Positions 38,987-49,582 of a DNA stretch of 64,000 nucleotides are shown one piece after another (the first letter of the stretch is position 1; the number at the start of each line of letters is the position of its first letter). A program made the position numbers and the translations under genes. Under the pieces are notes generated by a model that saw only the letters and a list, made by a program, of their open reading frames with translations, was not told the DNA's origin and made no database searches. This DNA comes from Candidatus Tayloriibacteriota bacterium (lineage in GTDB: Bacteria; Patescibacteriota; Minisyncoccia; Phycocordibacterales; PALSA-1337): positions 41,429 to 105,428 of the forward strand of contig JBAXSG010000001.1 in assembly GCA_037130865.1 (NCBI GenBank), given 5' to 3'.

Positions 38987-39853
38987 ATGAGCCCTGAAAA
39001 ATCCCTAAAACCAAAAAAATCCCTCGGTCAACACTTTCTACATTCGCCGTCGGCGCTAAAAAAGATTGTTGAGGCCGCGAAGATAATGCCAGATGAAACC
39101 GTACTCGAAATAGGCCCGGGAACTGGTATTTTGACTGAAGCACTTCTCGCAACTGGCGCGCAAGTGGTGGCGATAGAGAAAGATGCACGCGCATACGAAG
39201 TTTTGTCACAAAAATTCTCAAAAGAGCTCGCTAGTAAACAGTTAAAACTGATTATCGGCGATATTTTGGAAGAAAATTTTGAAAAACTTGGTGCCGAAGA
39301 TATCAAAGAAGGGAAATATGCCCTCGTCGCGAATATTCCTTACTACATAACTGGCGCGATTCTAGAAAAATTCCTCGAACACACACCGAGACCGAACCGT
39401 ATGATCTTATTGGTGCAAAAAGAAGTGGCTGAACGCATCATCGCTCGTGATAAAAAAGAAAGCGTACTTTCTATATCTGTAAAAGCCTTTGGTACGCCAC
39501 ATATAGTGGCGATTGTACCGCGTGGAGCATTTGTACCAGCACCAAATGTAGACTCCGCAATACTGGAGATAACGGATATATCCGATGTGCGTTTCAACCC
39601 AAATATTGAAAAAATGGCTCTAAATAGCCAAAAAACGCTTGCAATACCTAGATTTTTCAAGATCGTCAAAGCTGGTTTCGCACACAAAAGAAAGTTTGCG
39701 CGCAGAAATCTAGAAAATTTGGCTGGAACAGAAGAATTCATAACTCGTGAAAAAATCGAGGAGATTTGGCAGAAAATAGGACTGGATGAAAAAATCAGGC
39801 CTGAAGATATGACTGTAAAAAACTGGTTAGAAATATTGACATTGAGTTGTTAA
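38987..39853 (+). CDS. rsmA: 16S rRNA dimethyladenosine transferase
   Basis: KKSLGQHFL, EIGPGTG, ANIPYYIT, QKEVAER. Confidence 0.96.
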   Translation: MSPEKSLKPKKSLGQHFLHSPSALKKIVEAAKIMPDETVLEIGPGTGILTEALLATGAQVVAIEKDARAYEVLSQKFSKELASKQLKLIIGDILEENFEKLGAEDIKEGKYALVANIPYYITGAILEKFLEHTPRPNRMILLVQKEVAERIIARDKKESVLSISVKAFGTPHIVAIVPRGAFVPAPNVDSAILEITDISDVRFNPNIEKMALNSQKTLAIPRFFKIVKAGFAHKRKFARRNLENLAGTEEFITREKIEEIWQKIGLDEKIRPEDMTVKNWLEILTLSC

Positions 39854-39903
39854 CAGTTTGCTTAGTTAGACATCGCGCAATCTGCTATAATCTACAAGGT
39901 ATT

Positions 39904-40773
39904 ATGCCAATTATCCCAAAGAGCAGGCAGACTATTGTAGTATCTGTAATATGCCTTTTAATCGTGGTGGCTACTCTAGTCATCGTCTATGGTTTTCCTG
40001 GAAATAATCCAGCAAATAACGGTGTCGTAGCCGATGCAACCGCCTCTCTCGCTTCACAAAACATGTCCACGAGTACTGATTGGCAGAAATCCTTCTACGA
40101 GGTCTCTGGTACATCTACAAAACCATATGGTGCAGATCTTGCTGCCACCACAAACTCTGGATCATCTACGGAAATATTGACGAATACAGATATTTTGGGA
40201 AGGAATTTTCTCACAGTGTATTCACAGATGCATCAAGCTGGTATAGAAAGTGATTCGCAAACAGTAAGCACAGTCGCAAACAAGCTTGCATCAAACAGTC
40301 TGGCTGGTGTGGGTTCTCCAAATATATATTATGGCAATGACATAAAAATCGTGGCGGATTCTTCTGCTAATGCTGGTACATACGCAAAATCTCTAAGTGT
40401 TATCTTGTCTGGATCTATACCTTCTGAAAATGAAGCCGTCATCGCAGACAATGCTTTTCAGAAAAATGACATGACTATATTAAAAAAAATAGATCCTGTG
40501 ATAGCAGGGTATAATAAGACCATAAAATCTCTGTTGGCCACACCGGTCCCTCAGTCTGCCAGCCAGTATCATATCGATCTTGTAAATGGTTTCAGTATGC
40601 AAGTCTACAATGCGACCGCTTTGCGACATGTAGACAGTGACCCTGTTCTTAGTCTTGCAGCGATAGGTCAAGTGATTCCAGCACTTCAGCGTATCAGTAC
40701 GGCACTGGTGAATCTACAGAGATATTTCAATACAAGTGGTGTGACTTTCATAGCTCCTACACCTGGCCAATAA
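39904..40773 (+). CDS. hypothetical membrane-anchored protein, first gene of the T4SS-like cluster
   Basis: N-terminal TM helix; co-oriented with cluster. Confidence 0.75.
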   Translation: MPIIPKSRQTIVVSVICLLIVVATLVIVYGFPGNNPANNGVVADATASLASQNMSTSTDWQKSFYEVSGTSTKPYGADLAATTNSGSSTEILTNTDILGRNFLTVYSQMHQAGIESDSQTVSTVANKLASNSLAGVGSPNIYYGNDIKIVADSSANAGTYAKSLSVILSGSIPSENEAVIADNAFQKNDMTILKKIDPVIAGYNKTIKSLLATPVPQSASQYHIDLVNGFSMQVYNATALRHVDSDPVLSLAAIGQVIPALQRISTALVNLQRYFNTSGVTFIAPTPGQ

Positions 40774-40792
40774 TTTTCAATAATTAAAATCT

Positions 40793-42424
40793 ATGAAAAT
40801 AAATGAATCATATAAAAAAATAGTCAGCATCATACTCTTAACAGCTATAGTGTTTTCTTATGTACAAGTGGTGGCGCCACAAAGAGCAAGTGCTGTTGCA
40901 GGAATAGCAGATGTAACCGTCGTCACTGTAGCCGCAAATACTAGCCCTACCGAGCTACAAAACACTGTAAACTCTTGGATGGAGCGCATAAAAAACTTCA
41001 TCTTGGACCGTCTAGCAACAGCTATAGCAAACGCTATCTTGAACCAGATGACCGCCAGTGTTATAAACTGGATAAATAATGGCTTCCAAGGTAGCCCTTC
41101 ATTTATGACAAACCCTGAAGATTTTTTCCTGGATGCTGCCGACCAAGTAACTGGTCAATTCATCGCTGAAACAGGTATTATGTCGCAACTATGTTCGCCG
41201 TTTAGTATAAATATCCGCGCAAACCTGGCTCTTGGTAGCGCACAATCTTCTCGTGGAAGTTACGCTTGTACTTTGAGAACAGTTGTAGCAAATGCAAAAA
41301 ATATCCCAAACAACATAACTCTAAATGGACAAAACATTCAAGGATTTATGGATGGAGATTTCCGACAAGGTGGTTGGGTTTCATTCAACTCAATAATGAT
41401 GGACCCACAAAACGATCCATTCTTCGCATATCATTCAGCTGTTGGTGATATAAGAGCAGCCGTTACCACAAAGAAAAATGCTATCAATCTAGATCTGTCT
41501 GCTGGTGCTGGTTTCATGTCATTTAAAGTGTGTGATCCTGTACCTGTTGGCGGAACATATATAGATGCCTCTGGTGCAAAAGCGGTAAACACTCCTGCTC
41601 CTGCAGATCTTGTTGGTCCTCCAGCTCCTCCTCCAAAAAATTGTCACACGGAAACACCTGGATCCGCTATTTCTAACAGCTTGACTAAGACTCTTGGTGT
41701 GCCGTTCGACAAGCTTACACTGGCAAACAATATAAACGCTATTATAGACGCCTTGGTCTCACAGATGGTCATGCAGGTGCTTGGTGGTGGTTTGCGTGCT
41801 ATGAGTAGTGGTAGTAGTGGTGGTCCTTCATACACTAGTCAGATATACGATACATCATTGAAAGACAATTCAAATTCCGCATACTCCGTATATGGCCAGA
41901 GTAGCGATCCAATATTGGGAATTGTTCAGGAATATAAATCAAACTACGATACAGCAGTCTCGTTGATGCAGGGCGGTCAGGCAAACTTGAATTCTGCAAA
42001 GGCCTGTCTTGCAGGAAAGTATAGTGGTTTGTCTTCGGTGATAAGCAATCCGAAAATGACCCAGCAAGATAAGGCCAAGTATCAGAACATTATGAGTGAT
42101 ATACAATCACGAATAAACTCTATAGACAGTAGCTTGCAAAACCAGGTAAGCGTGCTTCTAAGCACATTTGGCCGCGGCGCAGCAGATGGTTATGCCAAGC
42201 TTGCTCAAGCACAAAATGTAAACCAGGTGCTTATATCAAACAGTTACGATGGTACCGCCAGTGCTACTGCAGCCGCTTCCATATCAGCAGAGCTACAAGC
42301 AGGAAAGCTTGATACCTCGAGAACTGACCTGCAAAATGCTCAAAATACAGCAAGTAGTCTAAACTCTGGTGCGGATTCTTATAACCAATTCTGTAATAGT
42401 ATATCTGTGCCAGTCATACAATAA
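40793..42424 (+). CDS. hypothetical exported protein of the T4SS-like cluster
   Basis: 543 aa, signal-like N-terminus, NWINNGFQGSPSF motif, several Cys. Confidence 0.75.
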   Translation: MKINESYKKIVSIILLTAIVFSYVQVVAPQRASAVAGIADVTVVTVAANTSPTELQNTVNSWMERIKNFILDRLATAIANAILNQMTASVINWINNGFQGSPSFMTNPEDFFLDAADQVTGQFIAETGIMSQLCSPFSINIRANLALGSAQSSRGSYACTLRTVVANAKNIPNNITLNGQNIQGFMDGDFRQGGWVSFNSIMMDPQNDPFFAYHSAVGDIRAAVTTKKNAINLDLSAGAGFMSFKVCDPVPVGGTYIDASGAKAVNTPAPADLVGPPAPPPKNCHTETPGSAISNSLTKTLGVPFDKLTLANNINAIIDALVSQMVMQVLGGGLRAMSSGSSGGPSYTSQIYDTSLKDNSNSAYSVYGQSSDPILGIVQEYKSNYDTAVSLMQGGQANLNSAKACLAGKYSGLSSVISNPKMTQQDKAKYQNIMSDIQSRINSIDSSLQNQVSVLLSTFGRGAADGYAKLAQAQNVNQVLISNSYDGTASATAAASISAELQAGKLDTSRTDLQNAQNTASSLNSGADSYNQFCNSISVPVIQ

Positions 42425-42426
42425 AA

Positions 42427-44301
42427 ATGTTCAATAAACACAAGTACAAATTCATAAGTCTGGCGCTACTAGTTGTACTGGCTGGTGTTGCTTTGCCGAT
42501 ACATTTTGCGCATGCAGGTTTATCTGATCTGCTTGGAATAGGAAATATTCCATCTGCGGTTATATTGTTTGTTATATCTGTAGGTATGACTGTAGTGTTC
42601 CATGTGGTTGGATTCTTACTGACTATGGCTGGTGGTTTATTGAACATATCCATAAATCTTACTCTCCATATAAAAGACTTCGTACAAAATACAGCCGGTG
42701 TCTACCTTGTATGGCAGACCATACGAGATGTATCTGGAATGCTTATAATATTCCTACTTCTCTATACATCTTTCCGAACAATTCTTGGTATCGATCAGGG
42801 TATAAATAAGCTGATAAAAGATATTATCATCGCTGGTATACTCATAAACTTCAGCTTCTTCTTGGTTGGTGTAATGATAGATGCTTCAAACATGATCTCT
42901 TTGTCTGTATTCAATGCTATAGCTCCAGCACAGGGAACTACTTGTAATGTTGGTTCTGGTAATTTTTCCAGCTGTTCCGTATCTAGTATGTTGGACTCAT
43001 CGACATACGACGGAGGATTATCTTCTATAATAATGCAAAATTTGAAGATTACTGGACTATTTTCTGCAAAATGGATGAGTCTAGATGTGGTAAATATGAG
43101 CGCAACCCAATTTAAGATATTGTTCATACAGATAATCGGTATCTTAGTGATGGGTGGTCTGGCAATAAGTTTTATTGTAGCTGCAATCGCTTTTGTAGTA
43201 AGGCTCGTAATGCTTATATTTATATTGGCCTTCTCACCAGTCTGGTTTGCCTCGTGGATATTCCCTGACATGAAACCGCTGTCCGACAAATTCTCTAGTG
43301 CTTTGAAGGGTCAACTCGTCTTCATGCCAGTCTATCTGTTCTTGTTATATGCGGCCATAAAGATATTAGAGACAATGAAGCTCGGTTCGTCTGCAACTTC
43401 AATAGATACCTCTTCAGCCGCGGTTGCTGCAAAAGGAGCTTTGTCTCTACTCATAAACTCTACTTTCGTCATCGCTATGATCAACCTACCACTCATGGGT
43501 GCAATAAGTGTGGCTGGATTGACAAATAGCTGGTTCGACAAGATGACAAGTTCGATAAAAAATAAGACAACAAGTTTTATTGGAAGAAATACTCTTGGTA
43601 GGGCAGCAGCGAAGTTTGAGAATTCTAAATTTATGCGTGACCAATATAACAATGGAAATCCATTGGTTAGCCGCGCACTCTCTTTGGGTCTTTCTAAGAC
43701 AAGAACAGCTGGATTTGGTGGAGGAAAAGGTTCTGGTTTCGATGATGTAAGGAAGAAAAAGGTAGAGGCTTATACGAAGATAGCACAAAAGGGTGATCTC
43801 AACGATGAAGAAAAAGATGCAATAAAGAAAAATACAGAAAACAGCGCGGATTACAAAGAAAACCAAGCTAAAATAGCTGCACTGAAGAGTGGTCGAGTAC
43901 AAGAATTGCAGGACAAGAAGAAGGTTTTGAGGGAGGAGATGGAAATTCTTGCAAAAAGCTTAGGTTCGACAAAAGCAGGATCTGCTGAACAGAAAAACAT
44001 AGCAACAAAGATAGAAGCAAACAAAGAGCAGTCGAAAAATGTAAGAGAGGAGTTATCAGAACATACAGATGCGATAAAATCTCATGAGGAGGCAAATACT
44101 ACACTTGTAAAGAAGGCGCAAGATGAAAGAAAATCAGCACTCGTAATGAAGTGGAAGGCTAAGGGTGGTGTATACAAGGAAGCTGCCAAAAAATACGGGA
44201 AAGATGAGACGACTGCAGATAAAATCAATAAAGCCTTGCGAGAAGAGGCACAAAAGATAGCAGCATCTACTCCTCCTACTACTCCACCAGCGGCATCTTG
44301 A
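42427..44301 (+). CDS. polytopic membrane protein, VirB6/TrbL-like
   Basis: Multiple TM helices (WQTIRD, ILINFSF, RLVMLIFILAFSP) plus a charged coiled-coil tail. Confidence 0.6.
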   Translation: MFNKHKYKFISLALLVVLAGVALPIHFAHAGLSDLLGIGNIPSAVILFVISVGMTVVFHVVGFLLTMAGGLLNISINLTLHIKDFVQNTAGVYLVWQTIRDVSGMLIIFLLLYTSFRTILGIDQGINKLIKDIIIAGILINFSFFLVGVMIDASNMISLSVFNAIAPAQGTTCNVGSGNFSSCSVSSMLDSSTYDGGLSSIIMQNLKITGLFSAKWMSLDVVNMSATQFKILFIQIIGILVMGGLAISFIVAAIAFVVRLVMLIFILAFSPVWFASWIFPDMKPLSDKFSSALKGQLVFMPVYLFLLYAAIKILETMKLGSSATSIDTSSAAVAAKGALSLLINSTFVIAMINLPLMGAISVAGLTNSWFDKMTSSIKNKTTSFIGRNTLGRAAAKFENSKFMRDQYNNGNPLVSRALSLGLSKTRTAGFGGGKGSGFDDVRKKKVEAYTKIAQKGDLNDEEKDAIKKNTENSADYKENQAKIAALKSGRVQELQDKKKVLREEMEILAKSLGSTKAGSAEQKNIATKIEANKEQSKNVREELSEHTDAIKSHEEANTTLVKKAQDERKSALVMKWKAKGGVYKEAAKKYGKDETTADKINKALREEAQKIAASTPPTTPPAAS

Positions 44302-44319
44302 GATAAAAAATAGTGGCAA

Positions 44320-44982
44320 ATGAACTTACAAAAAGACACCAACATGAATACTGACCAACACCCAATACAACTGATAAAAGAGCGTTTTGCTGAACTTCCA
44401 CCAGAAGTGCAAGCCGCTGTCACTGCATCTGACTTGAAAGATAAGATGCGTGCGATTGGTGATAAATACAACCTCCTTCTAGACAAACAGAGTGATCTCC
44501 AGAGGTTAATCTTGATAGTTATGTTGGGACTTATGTCATCGAGTGAATTCGTGCCATCTCTTATGGAAGAATTGAAGATAAGCCGCACTGAAGCAAATTT
44601 GATAGCCAATGATGTCAGTGAACAGATATTTGCCCCTATCCGTACACATTTGAGAGAATGGGAAGAGCAAACAGAAACAGATCTCGAGCGCCTTGGAGAC
44701 TTCACTATAGACCATACCCAGACGGCGGGGAATGAGTCTCTATCTACAGAAGACAATGCTGGCAACGGTATGCTTGTGGAAAGACGACCTACAATTCTAG
44801 ATAGTATAGAGAACCCTCAACCAGCCAAGAGGACATTTGTCACAAAAACATCAGAAACACGTACAGAGCCACTCACTGACCATCTCTTGAGCACTCCTGT
44901 CACAGTTCCACCACAAAGGATTGTACAGCCAAGCACACAGACCCAGAAGTCAGCAGACCCCTACAAGGAATCAATCGCTTAG
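44320..44982 (+). CDS. hypothetical protein
   Basis: 220-aa ORF ending DPYKESIA. Confidence 0.75.
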   Translation: MNLQKDTNMNTDQHPIQLIKERFAELPPEVQAAVTASDLKDKMRAIGDKYNLLLDKQSDLQRLILIVMLGLMSSSEFVPSLMEELKISRTEANLIANDVSEQIFAPIRTHLREWEEQTETDLERLGDFTIDHTQTAGNESLSTEDNAGNGMLVERRPTILDSIENPQPAKRTFVTKTSETRTEPLTDHLLSTPVTVPPQRIVQPSTQTQKSADPYKESIA

Positions 44983-45000
44983 TGTGATATAATTGTGACA

Positions 45001-45447
45001 ATGCGCTTTCAAGTTCCTCAATTTATCGAGATTGAAGATAAGATATTTGGCCCATTGACGCTGAAGCAGTTTATTTATTTGGCTGGTGGTGGTGGGTTGT
45101 CTTTCATGGTGTACATATTCCTTAACAACCTTTTCTTGTCTGCGTTACCGATCTTGATCATAGTGGGTATATCTGGATTGTTGGCATTCTTCAAGATAAA
45201 CAATAAACCCCTAATAAACGTTATCGAATCTGCTTACAAATATTATGTCGGCGACAAGCTCTATATCTGGAAGAAGGTGGCCAATCCACAACCAACAATA
45301 GAGCCGGCGACTACCAATGATATGAAAAATTATGCCTCCATCATGGTCCCAAAGATGTCAAATAGTAAATTGAAGGATCTAACCTGGAGTTTGGATGTGC
45401 AAGATAGTAGATATGCAAATAAAAACTCAAAGAGTAACAACCGCTAA
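45001..45447 (+). CDS. PrgI family membrane protein
   Basis: MRFQVPQFIEIEDKIFGPLTLKQFIYL and two TM helices. Confidence 0.85.
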   Translation: MRFQVPQFIEIEDKIFGPLTLKQFIYLAGGGGLSFMVYIFLNNLFLSALPILIIVGISGLLAFFKINNKPLINVIESAYKYYVGDKLYIWKKVANPQPTIEPATTNDMKNYASIMVPKMSNSKLKDLTWSLDVQDSRYANKNSKSNNR

Positions 45448-45456
45448 AAAAATATC

Positions 45457-46104
45457 ATGGCACAAAGCACAAAAACAACTCAAGATTTTATACCAATACA
45501 AGAAATACGCGACGGTATAATCATACTGAAGGGCGGTGGTATGCGCTCAGTTATATTGGCGTCATCTCTGAACTTTGCTTTGAAGTCTGGAGATGAGCAG
45601 GCGTCAATCTTGATGCAATTCCAAAACTTTTTGAACTCTCTGGATTTCTCTGTGCAGATTTTCATTCAGTCAAAAAAGCTTGATATAAGGCCATATTTGG
45701 CTCTTCTGGAAGATCGTTACAAAGAACAAAATACGGATCTTATGAAGATCCAAGTTCAAGAATATATCGGATTCATAAAAGCTTTCGTGGAGAGTACAGA
45801 TATTATGACAAAAAGCTTCTTTATTGTTGTTCCTTATGATCCACCAATGCTAACTGCCAACAATAACCCGATCACAAATCTTTTTGGCGGTAAAAATTCC
45901 ACCGGTAATACCTCAGCTTCTGCTGAAAAACAAAAAAGTTTCAGTGAATATAGGAGTCAGTTGGAACAGCGTTCAGCTGTGGTAGAACAAGGTCTGGTTC
46001 GTTGTGGTGTGCGCGCAGCAGAGCTTGGAACAGAGGAGATCGTCGAGCTCTTCTACAAACTCTTCAATCCAGGCGAAACAGAAAAGCCGATACAGATAAC
46101 ATAA
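45457..46104 (+). CDS. VirB4/TraC N-terminal-like protein
   Basis: NFALKSGDEQ...FLNSLDFSVQI; lies between prgI and the VirB4 ATPase. Confidence 0.65.
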   Translation: MAQSTKTTQDFIPIQEIRDGIIILKGGGMRSVILASSLNFALKSGDEQASILMQFQNFLNSLDFSVQIFIQSKKLDIRPYLALLEDRYKEQNTDLMKIQVQEYIGFIKAFVESTDIMTKSFFIVVPYDPPMLTANNNPITNLFGGKNSTGNTSASAEKQKSFSEYRSQLEQRSAVVEQGLVRCGVRAAELGTEEIVELFYKLFNPGETEKPIQIT

Positions 46105-46116
46105 AATATTAAAATC

Positions 46117-47931
46117 ATGTCATTCCTAGGAAAAATCTTCAATAAAAAAGAACAATCACCGATTGTTTCTATACTGCCACAAGAAATATATCAGGCTGGA
46201 GTCTTGGAATTGCGTGATGTTATAGCACCATCAGCTCTGAAGGTCACTCCAAAAGAATTAAATCTTGGCGAAAAGGTTGCACGTACACTCTTCGTCATTT
46301 CATATCCACGCTTCTTGGAAGAGAGTTGGTTTGCACCGATCATCAACCTCGACAAAGTCTTCAATGTCTCCATATTTATTCATCCTGTGGATACTGCAAA
46401 GATTTTGCGACATTTCCAAAAGAAGGTGGCTGAAGTACAGAGCCAGATATCTAGAAGGGAGGACAAGGGTCTTGTGCGCGACCCTTCACTAGATACCGCT
46501 TACCAAGACCTAGAAACACTGCGTGACCAGCTTATGCAGGCTCAAGAGCACCTCTTCGATGTGGGTATATATATCACCATATTTGCTGATAGTGATAGTG
46601 AGTTGGACAAGCTCGAATCCGAGATCAAATCCATGTTGGAGTCCAAGCTTATATATGTGAAGCCAGCATTGTTCCAGCAAGAACAGGGCTTTAAGAGCGT
46701 TATACCTATAGCCGATGACCAACTTTCTGTGCATTCCAAACTCAACTCTTCACCACTTTCGAGTATATTCCCATTCGTTTCATTTGATCTGACGGAAAAC
46801 AAGGGTATCCTTTATGGTATAAATCGTCACAATTCTTCTCTAGTCTTGTTTGATAGATTCTCTCTAGAAAACTATAACTCTGTGACCTTCGCTGTCGCTG
46901 GTGCTGGTAAATCTTACTGCACAAAGCTGGAAATCTTACGCACACTCATGTTCGATACCGATGTCCTTGTTATTGACCCTGAAAAAGAATATGAATACAT
47001 GGCTGAAGCTACTGGTGGAAAATATTTCAATATCTCATTGAACTCTGAACACCATATAAATCCATTTGATTTGCCAGTACCAGCAGAAGATGAATCAACT
47101 TCAGATGTCTTGCGTTCAAATATCATAAACTTGGTCGGTCTTTTCCGTATAATGTTCGGCGGTTTGTCACAAGAAGAAGATGCCATCATAGATCGTGCCA
47201 TCACTGAGACTTATGCTTTGAAAGATATAACAGCAGACTCTGATTTCCGTAATGTTGAGCCACCTCTTCTCTCTGATTTCGAGCTAGTCCTCGCTGGGAT
47301 GGAAGGTGCAGAGTCTCTAGTAGAGCGTCTGACGAAATATACGAAGGGAACATGGGCTGGTTTCATCAACAGACCATCCAATGTCGACATAAATAACAAA
47401 TTTGCTGTCTTTTCACTCCGTGATATGGAAGATGAGCTCAAACCGGTGGCTATGTATATAGTTACACACTATATATGGAACATGGTCCGCAGAACGAAGA
47501 AGAAGCGTCTTCTTGTGGTCGATGAAGCTTGGTGGATGATGAAATCCGAAGATACGGCCTCATTCTTGTTCGGAATAGCAAAGAGATGTCGCAAATACTG
47601 GCTTGGTTTGGCCACAATAACGCAAGATGTGGATGATTTCTTGAAATCTCCTTATGGTCTACCGATCCTAACAAACTCTTCTATACAGGTTTTGCTAAAA
47701 CAATCGCCGACAATAATAGATCATATCCAAGAGACATTCCATCTAACAGATGAAGAAAAGTATTTGCTTCTAGAGTCCGATGTTGGAGAAGGTATCTTCT
47801 TCGTTGGTCTCAAACATGTGGCCTTAAAAGTGGTCGCTTCGTACACAGAAGACCAGATCATCACCACAAATCCAGAACAGGTCCAACAAATCCAGCGTGC
47901 AAAGAAGGAGCTAGAGGCGGCAGGGCAGTAG
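46117..47931 (+). CDS. VirB4-like ATPase
   Basis: AVAGAGKS Walker A, VIDPEKEY, INPFD, LVVDEAW, TITQDV. Confidence 0.9.
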   Translation: MSFLGKIFNKKEQSPIVSILPQEIYQAGVLELRDVIAPSALKVTPKELNLGEKVARTLFVISYPRFLEESWFAPIINLDKVFNVSIFIHPVDTAKILRHFQKKVAEVQSQISRREDKGLVRDPSLDTAYQDLETLRDQLMQAQEHLFDVGIYITIFADSDSELDKLESEIKSMLESKLIYVKPALFQQEQGFKSVIPIADDQLSVHSKLNSSPLSSIFPFVSFDLTENKGILYGINRHNSSLVLFDRFSLENYNSVTFAVAGAGKSYCTKLEILRTLMFDTDVLVIDPEKEYEYMAEATGGKYFNISLNSEHHINPFDLPVPAEDESTSDVLRSNIINLVGLFRIMFGGLSQEEDAIIDRAITETYALKDITADSDFRNVEPPLLSDFELVLAGMEGAESLVERLTKYTKGTWAGFINRPSNVDINNKFAVFSLRDMEDELKPVAMYIVTHYIWNMVRRTKKKRLLVVDEAWWMMKSEDTASFLFGIAKRCRKYWLGLATITQDVDDFLKSPYGLPILTNSSIQVLLKQSPTIIDHIQETFHLTDEEKYLLLESDVGEGIFFVGLKHVALKVVASYTEDQIITTNPEQVQQIQRAKKELEAAGQ

Positions 47932-47952
47932 AGGTGGTATAATTCGTTTATT

Positions 47953-48468
47953 ATGGCTTATAAAAGGAAATCAGACGGCTGGATACTGTTGTATATATTT
48001 GCAGGAGGGATGGATTTTATACAATTCTTCATACTAGAGTTAATCTTTGTGTGGTTTTTTGGGGCTGGCGCAGCTATAAACGAGGTTATAGATCCTATTG
48101 TTGGGGTAATATTGGCTGGTTGGATACAGTTTATCAAGAAAGTGTCTTTGGTTTCCCGCCCACAAAGACTTGTCTCCATGTTTGCGACAGAGGCTGCGGC
48201 CGCACTGACTGGTGGTATAGCTCAATTCTGGATTCTTGATGTTTGGTACATACACAATGATGTAAAAAAGGAGGATAATGAAGCCGAGCAGCAAGAGTTA
48301 CAAAAAAATTTGAGGCCAGAACAAGATGAGCCTATAAATAAAGTTGGTAGTGATGGTGTACCAACACGCCTACCAGAGAAAGCTACACAAGAGGCGGCTG
48401 TAAGTAATATCAGATCAACACCACCCTTAAATATAGTGGCTGGTACCAGTAGACCGCGTGGAAGATAG
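47953..48468 (+). CDS. hypothetical membrane protein
   Basis: 171 aa with hydrophobic N-terminal half. Confidence 0.65.
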   Translation: MAYKRKSDGWILLYIFAGGMDFIQFFILELIFVWFFGAGAAINEVIDPIVGVILAGWIQFIKKVSLVSRPQRLVSMFATEAAAALTGGIAQFWILDVWYIHNDVKKEDNEAEQQELQKNLRPEQDEPINKVGSDGVPTRLPEKATQEAAVSNIRSTPPLNIVAGTSRPRGR

Positions 48469-48518
48469 TGCATAACCACTTTAGCTATTTTCTCATTTAC
48501 TTGATAAAATACTAGTTA

Positions 48519-49577
48519 ATGAAACCTCGTAATTCTATTGTATTTGTCTGTCTGGTCGCTTCGATAATAACCAGTGTTGTTTTCTCGATCAAAGCTGCAC
48601 AAGCTCAACTAGTTCCTGTGTCTATAAGCGTACTCCAGCTTTCAATATTACCGAAAAATCCAAGCCCAAATGAGTCTGTTGTTGTAAAAGTAGAAAGTTA
48701 TGCCACAGATATCAGTGGTGCAACTATATCTTGGTCAGCAAATGATACGGTTATGAAGAAAGGGGTAGGACTGACAACATTTACTACACAAGCTCCAAAG
48801 TTGGGAAAAACACTAACTATACAAGTAAATGTCGTGACTCCTTCTGGACAACAATACAACGAGAGTTTACCTATAAAATCTGGTGGTGTAGATTTCATCA
48901 CAGAATCCAGTGGTTACACTCCTCCTTTTTTCCTAGGAAGATTGCCGGTTGTTTATGAAAACACTGTGAGAATCGTGGCTGTGCCGCATTTGGCAAATTC
49001 TGCTGGTGTGGAATATGATCCATCGACGCTGATATATAAATGGGAAAAAGACAGTGGCGAGGTTTTGTCTGACATGTCTGGATATGGAAAGAGTTCTATT
49101 GACCTGAAAGGGGATATCATACCTAGACCTTATTCACTTACTGTCACCGTGAATACAAAAGATGGCACAAATACAACAAAAGGAACTGTGTCTGTAATAC
49201 CACAACGAGCTAGTCTGGTTTTTTATGTAAATGATTCTTTGTATGGTCCTTTGTACAACAGATCTATAGATACAGTAAATCTTGGTACACAAAAAGAACT
49301 TTCTGTAGTCGCTGTTCCATTTGGTTTTGATAAAGTTTTAAATGGTCTAGGTAATCTTGTTTTAAATTGGTCAATAAATGGCACCTACAACTCCGACTTG
49401 GGTTCTAGTAACAATATTGTCTTGAGAGCACCAGACGGCTCAGCTGGTTCATCTGATATCAATCTTAGTATAAGCAATAAAAGGGAATTCCTACAGAGCG
49501 CTAATAGCGGCTTCGCCACAAATTTCAGTGGAGCTACTGATTCGACCAATTCAACAAGTAATCCTGTAACATTTTAA
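48519..49577 (+). CDS. hypothetical secreted beta-rich (Ig-like) protein
   Basis: Signal peptide, beta-strand-rich, YTPPFFLGR motif. Confidence 0.7.
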   Translation: MKPRNSIVFVCLVASIITSVVFSIKAAQAQLVPVSISVLQLSILPKNPSPNESVVVKVESYATDISGATISWSANDTVMKKGVGLTTFTTQAPKLGKTLTIQVNVVTPSGQQYNESLPIKSGGVDFITESSGYTPPFFLGRLPVVYENTVRIVAVPHLANSAGVEYDPSTLIYKWEKDSGEVLSDMSGYGKSSIDLKGDIIPRPYSLTVTVNTKDGTNTTKGTVSVIPQRASLVFYVNDSLYGPLYNRSIDTVNLGTQKELSVVAVPFGFDKVLNGLGNLVLNWSINGTYNSDLGSSNNIVLRAPDGSAGSSDINLSISNKREFLQSANSGFATNFSGATDSTNSTSNPVTF

Positions 49578-49582
49578 ATAAT